DNA of 60,706 nt, counting the filler. It is 5 parts of 5 records of this genome, joined end to end, with 100 filler letters (N's around TTAATTAATTAA, not from the genome) between each part and the next. Parts side by side here need not be neighbours in the genome. Positions count along the whole stretch, not along the records: positions 1 to 21,799 come from SRR31156797_2337; 4 more parts are not named here. One strand, written 5' to 3'. A program made the translations under genes and the position numbers. Numbering within the stretch: position 1 is the stretch's first letter; each line of letters starts with the position of its first letter. The notes under the pieces are model-generated. The model did no database searches, was not told where the DNA came from, and saw only the letters and a program-made list of their open reading frames with translations. Of the stretch, positions 1-10,666 are shown in pieces.

Positions 1-34
1 GCCGGTCGGGAATTTCACCCTGCCCTGAAGAAAC
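1..34 (-). ncRNA. FMN riboswitch (RFN element), 5' part only, truncated by window edge
   Basis: Reverse complement reads GTTTCTTCAGGGCAGGGTGAAATTCCCGACCGGC, the conserved 5' signature of the FMN riboswitch; it is preceded on the - strand by a Bacteroidota -7 box. Confidence 0.9.
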
Positions 35-77
35 AATAAATATATTGAAACAGAGTTTTTAAGCACTGTTTCTGCTA

Positions 78-85
78 CAAATATA
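78..85 (-). promoter_or_regulatory. Bacteroidota sigma-A -7 promoter box (TATATTTG) driving the riboswitch transcript
   Basis: Matches TAnnTTTG about 45 nt upstream of the FMN riboswitch. Confidence 0.6.
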
Positions 86-185
86 AAGTTTTAGTATTTA
101 AAAACAAATGAGTAAAAACTGCTATTTAATATGTCGCCCTAAACTAATGATTTTTACACATTTTCGTAAATGATATTAATTATTC

Positions 186-193
186 TATCTTTG
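186..193 (+). promoter_or_regulatory. Bacteroidota -7 promoter box (TATCTTTG) of the era-der operon
   Basis: TATCTTTGCA matches TAnnTTTG, 33 nt before the era ATG. Confidence 0.7.
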
Positions 194-226
194 CAAAAAT
201 TTTTAAATCACTAAATTGGAGTAAGT

Positions 227-1108
227 ATGCCTCATAAGTCAGGTTTTGTAAATATCATAGGAAATCCGAACGTAGGAAAATCAACCTTAATGAATAATTT
301 GGTTGGCGAACGCATCTCGATTATCACTTCGAAATCGCAGACCACTCGTCATCGTATTAAAGGAATTGTAAATGGAGATGATTTTCAGATTGTATATTCG
401 GATACCCCTGGAGTATTGAAACCCAACTACAAACTTCAAGAGTCGATGATGAAGTTTTCTACTTCTGCATTGGTAGATGCTGACATTATATTATATGTGA
501 CCGATGTGGTTGAAACTATCGACAAGAATGAGGATTTTTTAAAGAAGGTACAAAACACAGACAAGCCTGTGATTTTAATTCTCAATAAAATTGATTTGAC
601 CAATCAGGAAAAATTGGTTGAAATGATGGATGTTTGGAAAGAGAAGCTTCCTAAAGCTGAAATTTTCCCAATGTCAGCCAAAGAGAATTTTAATGTATCC
701 AATTTATTTGATAGAATTTTAGAGCTTTTACCTGAAGGACCACCTTACTTTGCTAAGGATGAAATGACTGATCTTCCATCTCGTTTCTTCGTGAATGAAA
801 TCATTAGAGAAAAAGTTTTAACCAACTACGAGAAAGAAATTCCTTATGCTGTAGAGGTTGAAGTGGAAGAGTTTAAAGATGAGCCAAAAATTATCAACAT
901 TATGGCAGTAATTAATGTTGAAAGAACTTCTCAAAAGGGAATCATTATTGGTCATCAAGGAAAAGCACTTAAAAAAGTAGGTACTGAAGCAAGAAAAGAC
1001 ATGGAAGCATTTTTTGGAAAGAAAGTTTTCCTGAAATTGTATGTAAAAGTTGCCAAGGACTGGAGAAATAAAGAAAATAAGTTGAAAGGCTTCGGCTATC
1101 AGCAATAA
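227..1108 (+). CDS. era: GTPase Era
   Basis: GNPNVGKS, QTTR, DTPG, NKID motifs; C-terminal KH domain (IIIGHQG). Confidence 0.97.
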   Translation: MPHKSGFVNIIGNPNVGKSTLMNNLVGERISIITSKSQTTRHRIKGIVNGDDFQIVYSDTPGVLKPNYKLQESMMKFSTSALVDADIILYVTDVVETIDKNEDFLKKVQNTDKPVILILNKIDLTNQEKLVEMMDVWKEKLPKAEIFPMSAKENFNVSNLFDRILELLPEGPPYFAKDEMTDLPSRFFVNEIIREKVLTNYEKEIPYAVEVEVEEFKDEPKIINIMAVINVERTSQKGIIIGHQGKALKKVGTEARKDMEAFFGKKVFLKLYVKVAKDWRNKENKLKGFGYQQ

Positions 1109-1161
1109 TGAAATTAGCGGCTATCCTTTGATACCGTTTACAGATAACAGATAAGAATAAA

Positions 1162-2469
1162 ATGAGCAATATCGTTGCAATCGTAGGTCGTCCAAATGTT
1201 GGAAAATCTACATTATTTAACCGACTAACAGGAACAAGACAAGCTATCGTAAACGAAACTGCTGGTGTTACGCGTGACCGAAATTACGGAAAAGCGGACT
1301 GGAACGGGCAAGAATTTTCGGTAATTGATACTGGAGGATATTCCTTCAACTCTGAAGATGTATTTGATGAAGAAATCCGTAAGCAGGTAATGCTTGCAAT
1401 CGAGGAAGCAGATTCTATTCTGTTTGTTTTGGATGTACAGCACGGACTTACAGATTTGGACGAAGCCGTAGCTCGTATTCTTCGCCGTACAGATAAAAAA
1501 GTTCACCTGGTTGCCAATAAAGCTGACAACAGTGAATTAATTTTTGCTGCTAACGAATTTTACTCGGTAGGTATTGGCGAAGTAGTTTTCCCAATTTCAT
1601 CGGTTAACGGATCGGGAACCGGAGATTTACTGGATGCTGTTGTTGAAGCATTCGAAGAGAAGCCAGAAGAGGAAAATACAGATTTACCTAGAATTGCTTT
1701 TGTAGGTCGTCCTAATGTTGGTAAATCATCAACAGTTAATGCTTTAATTGGTGTTGAAAGAAATATCGTAACCGACGTTGCAGGAACAACGAGAGATTCT
1801 ATTCATACTCGATTCCAAAAATTCGGACACGATTTTATGTTGGTAGATACGGCTGGTGTTCGTAAAAAACCAAAAGTAAACGAGAATTTAGAGTTCTACT
1901 CGGTAATGCGTTCGATCAGAACCATTGAAACTGCCGACGTTTGTGTTATGATTCTGGATGCAACTCGTGGTGTTGAAGCTCAGGATTTAGCAATTTTCGA
2001 TTTGATTATTAAAAATCGTAAAGGTGCAGTAATCATGGTTAACAAATGGGATTTGATCGAAAAAGAGACCAATACCATGAAAGATTTCGAAGAACAAATT
2101 CGTAATCGAATTGCTCCTTTCAACGATGTGCCAATTATATTTACATCAGCAACTGAAAAACAACGATTGTTAAATGTACTGGAAGCTGCTCTTGAAGTAT
2201 ACGAGAATCGTGTTCGTAAAATTATTACTTCGGAATTGAACAGAGTAATGCTTGAGGCAATTGCTACATTTACACCTCCATCAGTAAAAGGAAAATTTAT
2301 TAAAATTAAGTACGTAACACAGTTACCTACTTTAGCACCAACTTTTGCTTTCTACTGTAATCTACCTCAATACATTAAAGATCCTTACAAAAGATATCTT
2401 GAAAATCAGATTAGAAAAAACTGGTCGTTTACCGGAGTACCTATTCAGATTTTTATGCGAAAAAAATAA
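1162..2469 (+). CDS. der: Ribosome biogenesis GTPase Der (EngA)
   Basis: Two tandem G domains (GRPNVGKS twice, DTGG/DTAG, NKAD/NKWD) plus KH-like C-terminus. Confidence 0.97.
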   Translation: MSNIVAIVGRPNVGKSTLFNRLTGTRQAIVNETAGVTRDRNYGKADWNGQEFSVIDTGGYSFNSEDVFDEEIRKQVMLAIEEADSILFVLDVQHGLTDLDEAVARILRRTDKKVHLVANKADNSELIFAANEFYSVGIGEVVFPISSVNGSGTGDLLDAVVEAFEEKPEEENTDLPRIAFVGRPNVGKSSTVNALIGVERNIVTDVAGTTRDSIHTRFQKFGHDFMLVDTAGVRKKPKVNENLEFYSVMRSIRTIETADVCVMILDATRGVEAQDLAIFDLIIKNRKGAVIMVNKWDLIEKETNTMKDFEEQIRNRIAPFNDVPIIFTSATEKQRLLNVLEAALEVYENRVRKIITSELNRVMLEAIATFTPPSVKGKFIKIKYVTQLPTLAPTFAFYCNLPQYIKDPYKRYLENQIRKNWSFTGVPIQIFMRKK

Positions 2470-2493
2470 ATTGCTAAACATTGCAATTTCACT

Positions 2494-2526
2494 AGCCGAT
2501 TCAGAACTTCTGAGTCGGCTTTTTTT
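2494..2526 (+). terminator. Intrinsic terminator after der
   Basis: AGCCGATTCAGA-act-TCTGAGTCGGCT hairpin followed by a T run. Confidence 0.8.
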
Positions 2527-2600
2527 ATTCTCACCTAAATATTTTTTTTAAAACTAATCTTTTAGTTATATTTATATGATAATTATAACTAAAAAGCCCA

Positions 2601-3860
2601 ATGAGAAGATTAATTTTTAGCCTTACCCTGGTTAGTATATTCCTAACCTTCAATGCATATTCACAAAGAACTAATAAAGTAGATCAACTACTATTTTCGG
2701 GACAGTATGAAAGTGCAATACCTTTACTTAAGCAATTAATAGAAAAGGACAGTACAGATAGTAAATGGTATTTCCGCCTTGGTAAAGTATATCAAAATTT
2801 GAATCAAAATAAATCGGCTATCGAGAATTACCAGAAAGCACATGATTTAAACCCAAATTCAGTTGCCACTCTATACAACTACAGCAGCTGTCTCTATTCA
2901 TCTGGAAATTATCCTGCAGCCAAACAAGAGTTATTAAAACTTCAAAAAATGGATTCCATACATTATCAAGGAAATCTATTATTGGCTAAAACCTATACTA
3001 CTCTTAATGATTATAATGAAGGTCTTGCCATTTATAACAAATTGGTAGAAAGAGATTCTTTAAATCCTTACCTACACAAACAAATAGGTAATTTAAAAAA
3101 TCGAACACAAGATTATATAGGATCTTTGGCGGCATATTTAATAGCTTACGATCTCAATCCAAAAGATTTATCTGTTGTTCTGCACATTATTCAGAAGTTT
3201 TACGAAATGTCAGCCTACGACCAGGCATTAACCTATGCAAACAATGGCTTAAGTAGTTTTCCAGGTAATCACATGATTCTAAAGAAAAAAGCTCAGACAT
3301 TAATTGGTTTAGAGTGGTACGAAAATGCACTTCCGATTCTTCTAGATCTAAAAGAAAGAAAGAAACTTAAACTTCCAGATTTTAAACAATTGGGAATATG
3401 CTACATGCAAACCAGAAAATACAAATTGGCAATTAAATCTTTTAATACATGCGGAGAAACATTTGAAAAAGATCCGATGATCAATTTCTACAAAGGTGTG
3501 TGCTATTCGCGTTTACACGATGATATTAATGGAATTAAATATCTCGAAAACGCAATTGCCTATGTAACATTGCCTATTAAAGCATCAATGCATTTGCATT
3601 TGGCCAAGGCTTACAATTCAAATCGTGAGTTCGAAAAAGCAGTAGATCAATACCAAAAACACTTTAAGTTGGATGGTAGAAATATAGAAGTGCTATATGA
3701 AATCGCAACGACTTATGAAGAGTTTGGAAACAATAAAGAAGAGGCGTTAAAATACTATGCCCAATATATCCGGGAAACCGAAAATAAAGGTGATGAAAGA
3801 TATGAGTACGCAAAATCGCGAATTCTTCATATCAAAGAAAAAATACACTTCGAAAAATAA
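2601..3860 (+). CDS. Secreted tetratricopeptide-repeat protein
   Basis: Signal peptide; repeated TPR helices (WYFRLGKVY, AIENYQKA, HLAKAY). Confidence 0.85.
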   Translation: MRRLIFSLTLVSIFLTFNAYSQRTNKVDQLLFSGQYESAIPLLKQLIEKDSTDSKWYFRLGKVYQNLNQNKSAIENYQKAHDLNPNSVATLYNYSSCLYSSGNYPAAKQELLKLQKMDSIHYQGNLLLAKTYTTLNDYNEGLAIYNKLVERDSLNPYLHKQIGNLKNRTQDYIGSLAAYLIAYDLNPKDLSVVLHIIQKFYEMSAYDQALTYANNGLSSFPGNHMILKKKAQTLIGLEWYENALPILLDLKERKKLKLPDFKQLGICYMQTRKYKLAIKSFNTCGETFEKDPMINFYKGVCYSRLHDDINGIKYLENAIAYVTLPIKASMHLHLAKAYNSNREFEKAVDQYQKHFKLDGRNIEVLYEIATTYEEFGNNKEEALKYYAQYIRETENKGDERYEYAKSRILHIKEKIHFEK

Positions 3861-4106
3861 AGCAATTTGCAATTATACCTACATATTGGTATTGCAACAA
3901 GTAAGCTTACATTCTACATTTGTAATGACATAAAAAACATGCTCCCGACAACTGAGACCAATTGAAATACAAGAAATCTTTTGCCATAATATTTCTTTTT
4001 TAGTGTTAATTCTTCATTTGGTTTCGGTTTTCGATTGCTTATATGTCAAGCCCTCGAAAAATCTCTAAATTTTTATTAATTTAGATTGATTAAAAACATT
4101 TAGAGC

Positions 4107-4835
4107 ATGCGCATAAAAGAAAATATGAAATTGGCTGATGTGATTCAAATGAATTACATGCTAATTCCGGTAATTCATAGATTTGGTATTAATTTGGGTT
4201 TTGGAGACAAAACTGTAGATGATGTGTGTCAGGAGAATGAAGTTGATCTGAATTTTTTTCTTCAACTGGTAAATGCTTATCACGATCAGGATTATTTCCC
4301 AAAAGAAGAACTTCAAACAATCCCGGTTAAGGATATAGTGGCGTATCTTAAAATGACGCATGCAAGTTATTTGAATACCACCTTAAGCGAAATTGAGCAA
4401 AAAATTCTCTCATTGGCTTCGGAAGATACCGAAGACAAAAAATACATCGAATTAATTCGAAACTTCTTTGAGGGCTATAAAACAGAACTTACCGCTCACA
4501 TAATGCACGAGGAAGATGTAGTTTTCCCTTATGTATTAACTGTAGATGAGATCATTAAAAAACAAGAATTTTCGGATAAAAATCAACAAATTTTCGATTC
4601 TTTCTCAATTGAAAAATACGAAGAAGGTCATGATGATGTGGAGGAAAAATTAATGGATTTACGAACCATAATGATCAAATACCTTACTCCACCTGCAAAC
4701 GTAACTTTATATCATTCAATCATTCAGGATTTATTTAGGCTTGAGGAAGATTTGAATTATCATTCCAGAATTGAGGACAAGGTTCTGATTCCAAAAATTA
4801 TTCTGATGGAAAAATCCATTAAAAACCTATTCTAA
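4107..4835 (+). CDS. Hemerythrin HHE-domain protein (Ric/ScdA-like N-terminus)
   Basis: RFGINLGFGDKTV..VC N-terminal motif; H..YL, HIMHEEDVVFP and HSRIEDKVLIP hemerythrin motifs. Confidence 0.85.
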   Translation: MRIKENMKLADVIQMNYMLIPVIHRFGINLGFGDKTVDDVCQENEVDLNFFLQLVNAYHDQDYFPKEELQTIPVKDIVAYLKMTHASYLNTTLSEIEQKILSLASEDTEDKKYIELIRNFFEGYKTELTAHIMHEEDVVFPYVLTVDEIIKKQEFSDKNQQIFDSFSIEKYEEGHDDVEEKLMDLRTIMIKYLTPPANVTLYHSIIQDLFRLEEDLNYHSRIEDKVLIPKIILMEKSIKNLF

Positions 4836-4845
4836 CTCCTCATCT

Positions 4846-5439
4846 ATGCCTAGAATCTCTATACTCATCGCTGAAAATTCCTGCTTGATACGAAAAGGCT
4901 TGCGTTCTGTTTTGCAAAAACTAGAAAACACTGAAATCATTCAAACTATCGATAGTAAGGACGAGTTGTGCGAAATTGTAAATAAAGTCAAACCAGAAAT
5001 TTTGATTGCAAATCCTGACATGCTACAATCAGATTGTGAGGATTTAAAGCAATCATTTGTAAATGGGAATAAATTGCGATTGGTTCTAATTTCGGATTCT
5101 CCAAGCACCAGTAAAGAATATAAGGCAGACGCTCATATTTTTTATAAGGATACTGAAAATAGAATTCTGGATATTTTACAGGAAATAGTAGGTGGTATCC
5201 AAAAAAATAAAAACGATGATAAATCGAATGATACTTTAAGTACCCGGGAAAAGAATATTCTGAAGCATATTGCCTTAGGCTTAACCAACAAAGAAATTGC
5301 TGATCAATTGTTTATCAGCATTCATACTGTAGTTACTCATCGTAAAAACATCACACAGAAACTGAGTATTAAATCAGTTTCAGGATTAACGGTTTATGCT
5401 ATTTTACACAATATCATTTCAATGGATGAAGTCAAATAA
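4846..5439 (+). CDS. LuxR-family transcriptional regulator with degenerate receiver domain
   Basis: C-terminal LSTREKNILKHIALGLTNKEIADQLFISIHTVVTHRKNI LuxR HTH. Confidence 0.9.
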   Translation: MPRISILIAENSCLIRKGLRSVLQKLENTEIIQTIDSKDELCEIVNKVKPEILIANPDMLQSDCEDLKQSFVNGNKLRLVLISDSPSTSKEYKADAHIFYKDTENRILDILQEIVGGIQKNKNDDKSNDTLSTREKNILKHIALGLTNKEIADQLFISIHTVVTHRKNITQKLSIKSVSGLTVYAILHNIISMDEVK

Positions 5440-6216
5440 CTAAAATTCAATTTGATCTCCAGCATTTAAATCAATCACACTCAAGTGTTTTTTAAATTCA
5501 TCACGAACTTTAAATCCAGTACAATGAGTTGGTCCAACAAGTTCTACTTTTTGCTGGCATAAAAATTCAATGGTTTTCTGGGTCACTTGGTCTAACTTTC
5601 TCAAGTGAAATCCACCCAATACAGCATAAACTTGTTCTGTATTGCAAACTTTCTGTGCATAGGAAACTGTATTGCAAATACCTGAATGTGCACAACCACT
5701 AATTACGACTAATCCCTTATCCGATTTAATCACAATAGCTGAATCATCTAATACAAAATCGGGGGATCCATCCGACAATACAAAAGAGCTTTCTTTTGAT
5801 TCAAAATTATTATCCCGTGGAATTTCACCCAGAAAAACCATACTTTCCGAAATCCAAAATGGTTCTTTGCATTCAAGAATCTCATAATCCTTTTGAATAT
5901 CTTCTCTTGGTAAAGACAAGCCGACATTAGTCCCGTTTATTTTTCCACTACGCCTTGTAAATGAATCTGGATGTAAAATCAATTGCTTTCCATTCAAATA
6001 AGCCAAACCATCACCATGATCCCAATGTCCATGACTTAAAACTACAGTTTCTACATCAGTTAAATCCTCACCCAATTTTATGGCATTTTTTTTAAACAAT
6101 TCATTGGGTCCAAGATCAAACAAGATTTTTTTATCTGCTTCAATCAGTAAGGAAAATCCGTGAACCGATTCAAATCCCGATTTAGCTGTATTATCAAGCA
6201 ATACTTTAATATTCAT
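5440..6216 (-). CDS. MBL-fold metallo-hydrolase (COG1237-like)
   Basis: SHGHWDH motif, SGCAHSG, GGFHL, HCTG. Confidence 0.85.
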   Translation of the reverse strand: MNIKVLLDNTAKSGFESVHGFSLLIEADKKILFDLGPNELFKKNAIKLGEDLTDVETVVLSHGHWDHGDGLAYLNGKQLILHPDSFTRRSGKINGTNVGLSLPREDIQKDYEILECKEPFWISESMVFLGEIPRDNNFESKESSFVLSDGSPDFVLDDSAIVIKSDKGLVVISGCAHSGICNTVSYAQKVCNTEQVYAVLGGFHLRKLDQVTQKTIEFLCQQKVELVGPTHCTGFKVRDEFKKHLSVIDLNAGDQIEF

Positions 6217-6218
6217 GT

Positions 6219-9200
6219 TTACAATTTATATTTAGGAATTTTCACAAAAAAGCATGAACCAACATTCTCTTCAGATTCAACCCAAATTTTGCCTTTGGCG
6301 TTTTCTACAATATTTTTTACGATAGCCAAGCCAAGTCCCATTCCACCCGATTTAGTAGTGAAATTAGGGTAAAATAATTTCTCTTTAACCTCACTCTTAA
6401 TTCCAAGCCCATTATCAATAACAGAAGCCTGATAGTATTCTTTCTGCTCCTCTATTTCAATAACAATCTGCCCTTCTCTATCATCAGGAATAGATTGGAT
6501 GGCATTGTTTATTAAATTCACAAAAACACGTACAAACTGCTCTCTATCAACAAACACATCAGCATTTTCTATATCATTTAATTGCAATTTCAAATCAAAA
6601 CTATCATTTCTAAACAATGATATCACATGCTGAAGTATATCTATTAAATTCAATTGTTCGTTTTTAGCAGTCGGCATTTTCGCAAAATTAGAAAAGGCTG
6701 TTGCAATTGATGAAAGTGCATTGATTTGCTCGATTAATGTTTTGCTAACCTGTTTTAAATGCTCTTCTCTATTCTCAGATTTCTCTTCGAACCTCTTTTG
6801 CATAAATTGTATGCTAAGTTTCATTGGCGTAAGAGGATTCTTAATTTCATGAGCAATTTGTCGGGCCATTTCTCTCCATGCAGATTCCCGTTCAGAACGC
6901 GCCAAAAGCTCTGCACTTTCTTCCAATTCGGTCAACATTTGATTGTACTCATTTACCAAATTTCCAATTTCGTCATCCTTAGTATATTCAATTTTATCAC
7001 CATAGGAACCAAAACGAGTTGCTTTTAATTTATTTTGGATCATTCTTAATGGGTAAGTAATTTTATTAGATATGAATACCGATAAAAATATGGCAAATAA
7101 AATCATGAAGACATGAAGATTCACACCTGCTAAAACCAAGTTAAACATTTCCTTTTCTAGATCCTGACTTTTTAGAAAATAGGGAAGATTTACAAAAGCT
7201 ATCAATTCATTATCTTCATTTACAATGGATTCATATGCTGATAAATATGACATACTTCCAATTTCCTCGTGATGAATAAATTTAGTTTTTTCCTGAAAAA
7301 AAAGCTGGAAATAAGCAGCAAAATTCATCTTAGTATTTTGTAAATTCTTCTCAAATATTTCAGGACGAGATGAAGTTATCAACCTTCCAGAAGGATCATA
7401 AAGATGAATGTCTGCATAAATCAAAGAAGATAATCGTTGTAATCTATCTGATAAGAAATCTACATTTATATCATTATTTAAACTCAGTATAACTTCCCGC
7501 TTAACAAGCTCAAGCTTATCCTGCAATTTCTGATTATTCAGCTCCTTTGAGCGCTCGATAGTATAATATACAGTTCCACCGCCCAATAACAAGAAAAATA
7601 TCATCAACAAGCCTACTATAGAATATTGAATTCTATATTTAAAGCTCATATTAAATTTAAACCTCCAAGGATACTTCTCGAATAGCCAAATGATAAGACC
7701 AAATAAATAAAATAGTACAAAAAGATATGGAATGGTAATCGCCTTATTGTACCAGGTTATTGCCTGATAACTCACAACAACGGTGTTGTTCTCAAATTTA
7801 TATACCAAATGATCGTATCCATCCAATTCTAATCTGTAGGTATTGTCTTTTTTTCCATCGAAAACCTTACTGTTCATATAGTAAGTAAAAGCACCCGATG
7901 ATGTAATTAATTTGCCATCACTGTATTTTGCAAATGAATATTCTGTATTTCGTTTTCGAAGAGCCACTTTTTCGTCAAGCAGCAAATCTGGATATCCCAA
8001 GCCTTCGTCTCCAACTTTAGAATCCAATCGGATATAAATTTTAACAGACTCATTTCTCAATGATTTAGAAGTGATAACACCAAGGTAAGAAACCATTCCG
8101 TCGAATTCATTCAAATAATAAAAATTAGTATTTGGAATGGACTCACCAGATTTAAGAATCATTTCCTGGAAAAAATCAAAACAATTTCGAATTTCATTAT
8201 CTGGTTCTATATTCAAATCATCACTGTTGTTACAAATTGTAACTTGCAAATGATACTGTTCCCAAAATCCTGAAAAATATCTATTTTGGATATGCTTCAT
8301 GATCTGCATCTCGTTCCTAAATGGTCGATTACAAAGCATTCTTAGCTCAATGTCAAGATCCATTTTACTTTGCATATCAACCAACAGATTTTCAGAGGTA
8401 GGATCGTATTCGGTTGATAAATTCATGGCTGCAACCAACCTATTTTGCACCTCTTTTTTCTCCGAAAAAACATTAATTTGATTATTAATTGCTATGGAAA
8501 CCAACAACAATAATAAAATGAAAAACGAATATTTTCCATTTTTATCCTCCCGGTAGGCAACAAATCCGGTAAAAAGCAATAAGACAACGGGGAAAAGAAA
8601 AAAGATCACATCCTTATTCTCCGCTTCGAAAAAATAAGAGATAATACCTGCTGGAACAGATATTAAAAATAAATAGGCAAAATATTTATTTCTGCTCCAT
8701 TGGTGTTTTGCCATTTCTCCAATCAGATATGCAAAATGTCCCAATGAATACAACAGTAAAATAAGTATTACAAAGCCTGTAAAAACGTATATTCCTTTAT
8801 CCTGGAATACAAACATCTGCAAACTAAAACTGGAATCAACTACTAAACTGCCAATTTGTTCTACACTCCAACAATACAAAATCCAAAACAACAAAACATG
8901 ACATATAATATAAATGAAACACCAATGTTGTTTTAATCCTTTACTTATATTATTCTTTAACGAGTAAGCAGAATAGGTGTAAACAAAGGCATACAGAAAT
9001 AAAACATTAATCACAAAATCGCCTAATGATGGGAAGAAGAAGGAGCTGGCAAAATGAAGAGGAGAAAATAATTCAAGTTCGGAAAGCACACTTGGAAAAC
9101 TCCAAAGCAACATGAAATAGCGCGATAATAGTAACACAATACCATAAACTGCAAGAGTTGTAAATCCAAGCTTAACTTTTCGAATATCACGAATCAAAAC

Positions 9201-9881
9201 ACTTAAGAAAATTAACAATACACAGAAAAATGCAGCAAATAAAGCTCCTATTTTATTATTAACCTTTTCGGGTTCAAAACCAAAATCTCCTTTCGTTAAC
9301 GAAAACAAATACGTTCCGGAATTATCAAAAATTGGCTCACCACTTTCCTTGTCTAATGAAATGGAATACTTTGCTGGTGTTTTAAACTCCTCATCAAAAC
9401 TATTTCTTAGAAATTTATTTTGGTATGGATAGATTTTTTTAAGCAAAAGTAATCCATAAAGATCAATGGAATCCTGTTTGTTCTTTTGCACGAAGTACCA
9501 TCCATTAGGCATACGAACCACAGGTGAACTTATACTTTTGAGATCAAAATGTCGTGGAAGTATAAAGGAATTATCACTCCAAAAAACCAAACTATCTTGT
9601 TTCATTCCGAGAAGAACGAAACCATCTTTTTTAAGATCCTTCTCAAATTCCGAAAAATTCTCATATTTACTTAAACTACCTCCTCCACCTATTCCATTTT
9701 GAAGTTCACGCAGGTCTTTTTTTAACAAGCGTTCCTTCTTGTTAAATACTTGCTGTATACGCTCCGCCGATAGCTTTAGGCTATCTTGTCGATTAAATAA
9801 GTATGTTGTTGAAATGGCTAGAAATAAAAATACCAGCGCAGAGAATCCTAATAAATATTTGAGAAGTTTATTTTTTTTCAA
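6219..9881 (-). CDS. Large multi-pass membrane sensor histidine kinase (NtrY-like HAMP-HisKA-HATPase)
   Basis: AWREMARQIAHEIKNPLTP H-box, NLINNAIQ N-box, DNGLG, GMGLGL; many transmembrane segments. Confidence 0.9.
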   Translation of the reverse strand: MKKNKLLKYLLGFSALVFLFLAISTTYLFNRQDSLKLSAERIQQVFNKKERLLKKDLRELQNGIGGGGSLSKYENFSEFEKDLKKDGFVLLGMKQDSLVFWSDNSFILPRHFDLKSISSPVVRMPNGWYFVQKNKQDSIDLYGLLLLKKIYPYQNKFLRNSFDEEFKTPAKYSISLDKESGEPIFDNSGTYLFSLTKGDFGFEPEKVNNKIGALFAAFFCVLLIFLSVLIRDIRKVKLGFTTLAVYGIVLLLSRYFMLLWSFPSVLSELELFSPLHFASSFFFPSLGDFVINVLFLYAFVYTYSAYSLKNNISKGLKQHWCFIYIICHVLLFWILYCWSVEQIGSLVVDSSFSLQMFVFQDKGIYVFTGFVILILLLYSLGHFAYLIGEMAKHQWSRNKYFAYLFLISVPAGIISYFFEAENKDVIFFLFPVVLLLFTGFVAYREDKNGKYSFFILLLLLVSIAINNQINVFSEKKEVQNRLVAAMNLSTEYDPTSENLLVDMQSKMDLDIELRMLCNRPFRNEMQIMKHIQNRYFSGFWEQYHLQVTICNNSDDLNIEPDNEIRNCFDFFQEMILKSGESIPNTNFYYLNEFDGMVSYLGVITSKSLRNESVKIYIRLDSKVGDEGLGYPDLLLDEKVALRKRNTEYSFAKYSDGKLITSSGAFTYYMNSKVFDGKKDNTYRLELDGYDHLVYKFENNTVVVSYQAITWYNKAITIPYLFVLFYLFGLIIWLFEKYPWRFKFNMSFKYRIQYSIVGLLMIFFLLLGGGTVYYTIERSKELNNQKLQDKLELVKREVILSLNNDINVDFLSDRLQRLSSLIYADIHLYDPSGRLITSSRPEIFEKNLQNTKMNFAAYFQLFFQEKTKFIHHEEIGSMSYLSAYESIVNEDNELIAFVNLPYFLKSQDLEKEMFNLVLAGVNLHVFMILFAIFLSVFISNKITYPLRMIQNKLKATRFGSYGDKIEYTKDDEIGNLVNEYNQMLTELEESAELLARSERESAWREMARQIAHEIKNPLTPMKLSIQFMQKRFEEKSENREEHLKQVSKTLIEQINALSSIATAFSNFAKMPTAKNEQLNLIDILQHVISLFRNDSFDLKLQLNDIENADVFVDREQFVRVFVNLINNAIQSIPDDREGQIVIEIEEQKEYYQASVIDNGLGIKSEVKEKLFYPNFTTKSGGMGLGLAIVKNIVENAKGKIWVESEENVGSCFFVKIPKYKL

Positions 9882-9964
9882 TTGAGAGAGTTTTTGAAAT
9901 TCCTGATATGATTTACAAATTTCATGCTAAACCACTCACAAATTAGCATAATTCATTCAAATCA

Positions 9965-10438
9965 TCAAACATGATGATAAGGTTCTCCTTTTATGATTGT
10001 CATTGCACGATACAACTGTTCAATAAAAATCATTCTAATCATTTGATGAGAATAGGTCATTTTCGATAAGGAAATCTTCCCCTGAGCTTTTTTATAGACC
10101 TCATCAGAGAAACCATAAGGACCTCCAATTACAAAAACCAGATTCTTTATTCCACCTATCATTTTTTGCTCAACATACTTCGAAAAACCTACCGAAGAAA
10201 ATTCTTTTCCATTTTCGTCCAATAAAATTAAGGTATCAGAAGATTTTATTTTATCTAATATTAATTCTCCTTCCTTTTGTTTTTGCTGATTTTCAGATAA
10301 GTTTTTTGTATTCTTCAAATCAGGAATTATTTTCAATTCGAAAGGAAGATAATGCACCAATCTTTTTTGATATTCCTCTATCCCTTTCTTAACAAAATCC
10401 TTATCAGTCTTACCAATAACAAGAAGTGTAATTTTCAT
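9965..10438 (-). CDS. rlmH: 23S rRNA m3-pseudouridine1915 methyltransferase RlmH
   Basis: FVIGGPYG and EQLYRAMTIIKGEPYH SPOUT motifs, 157 aa. Confidence 0.95.
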   Translation of the reverse strand: MKITLLVIGKTDKDFVKKGIEEYQKRLVHYLPFELKIIPDLKNTKNLSENQQKQKEGELILDKIKSSDTLILLDENGKEFSSVGFSKYVEQKMIGGIKNLVFVIGGPYGFSDEVYKKAQGKISLSKMTYSHQMIRMIFIEQLYRAMTIIKGEPYHHV

Positions 10439-10666
10439 TTCTATCTAATTTTACTATTTTTCATTACAAGATCAACACAAACACTTATGATCAAATAAAA
10501 AGCCATCACCTATCCGTATTCAAATAAAAATACAATCAAAATGAGAATCATAATAATGAATAACTCTCACACATTCAGGTTGGCGATGAGATTTTTTTTA
10601 TCTTGCGATATGTTTTTCGCACAGAATTTGTGTAAAGGTAAATGATATTGGATTAAAACTATTCAG

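Noticed and set aside
10617-10632. sigma54 promoter upstream of the DUF4783 gene (TCGCAC-AGAAT-TTGTG)
   Set aside because: The invariant -24 GG and -12 GC are both mismatched
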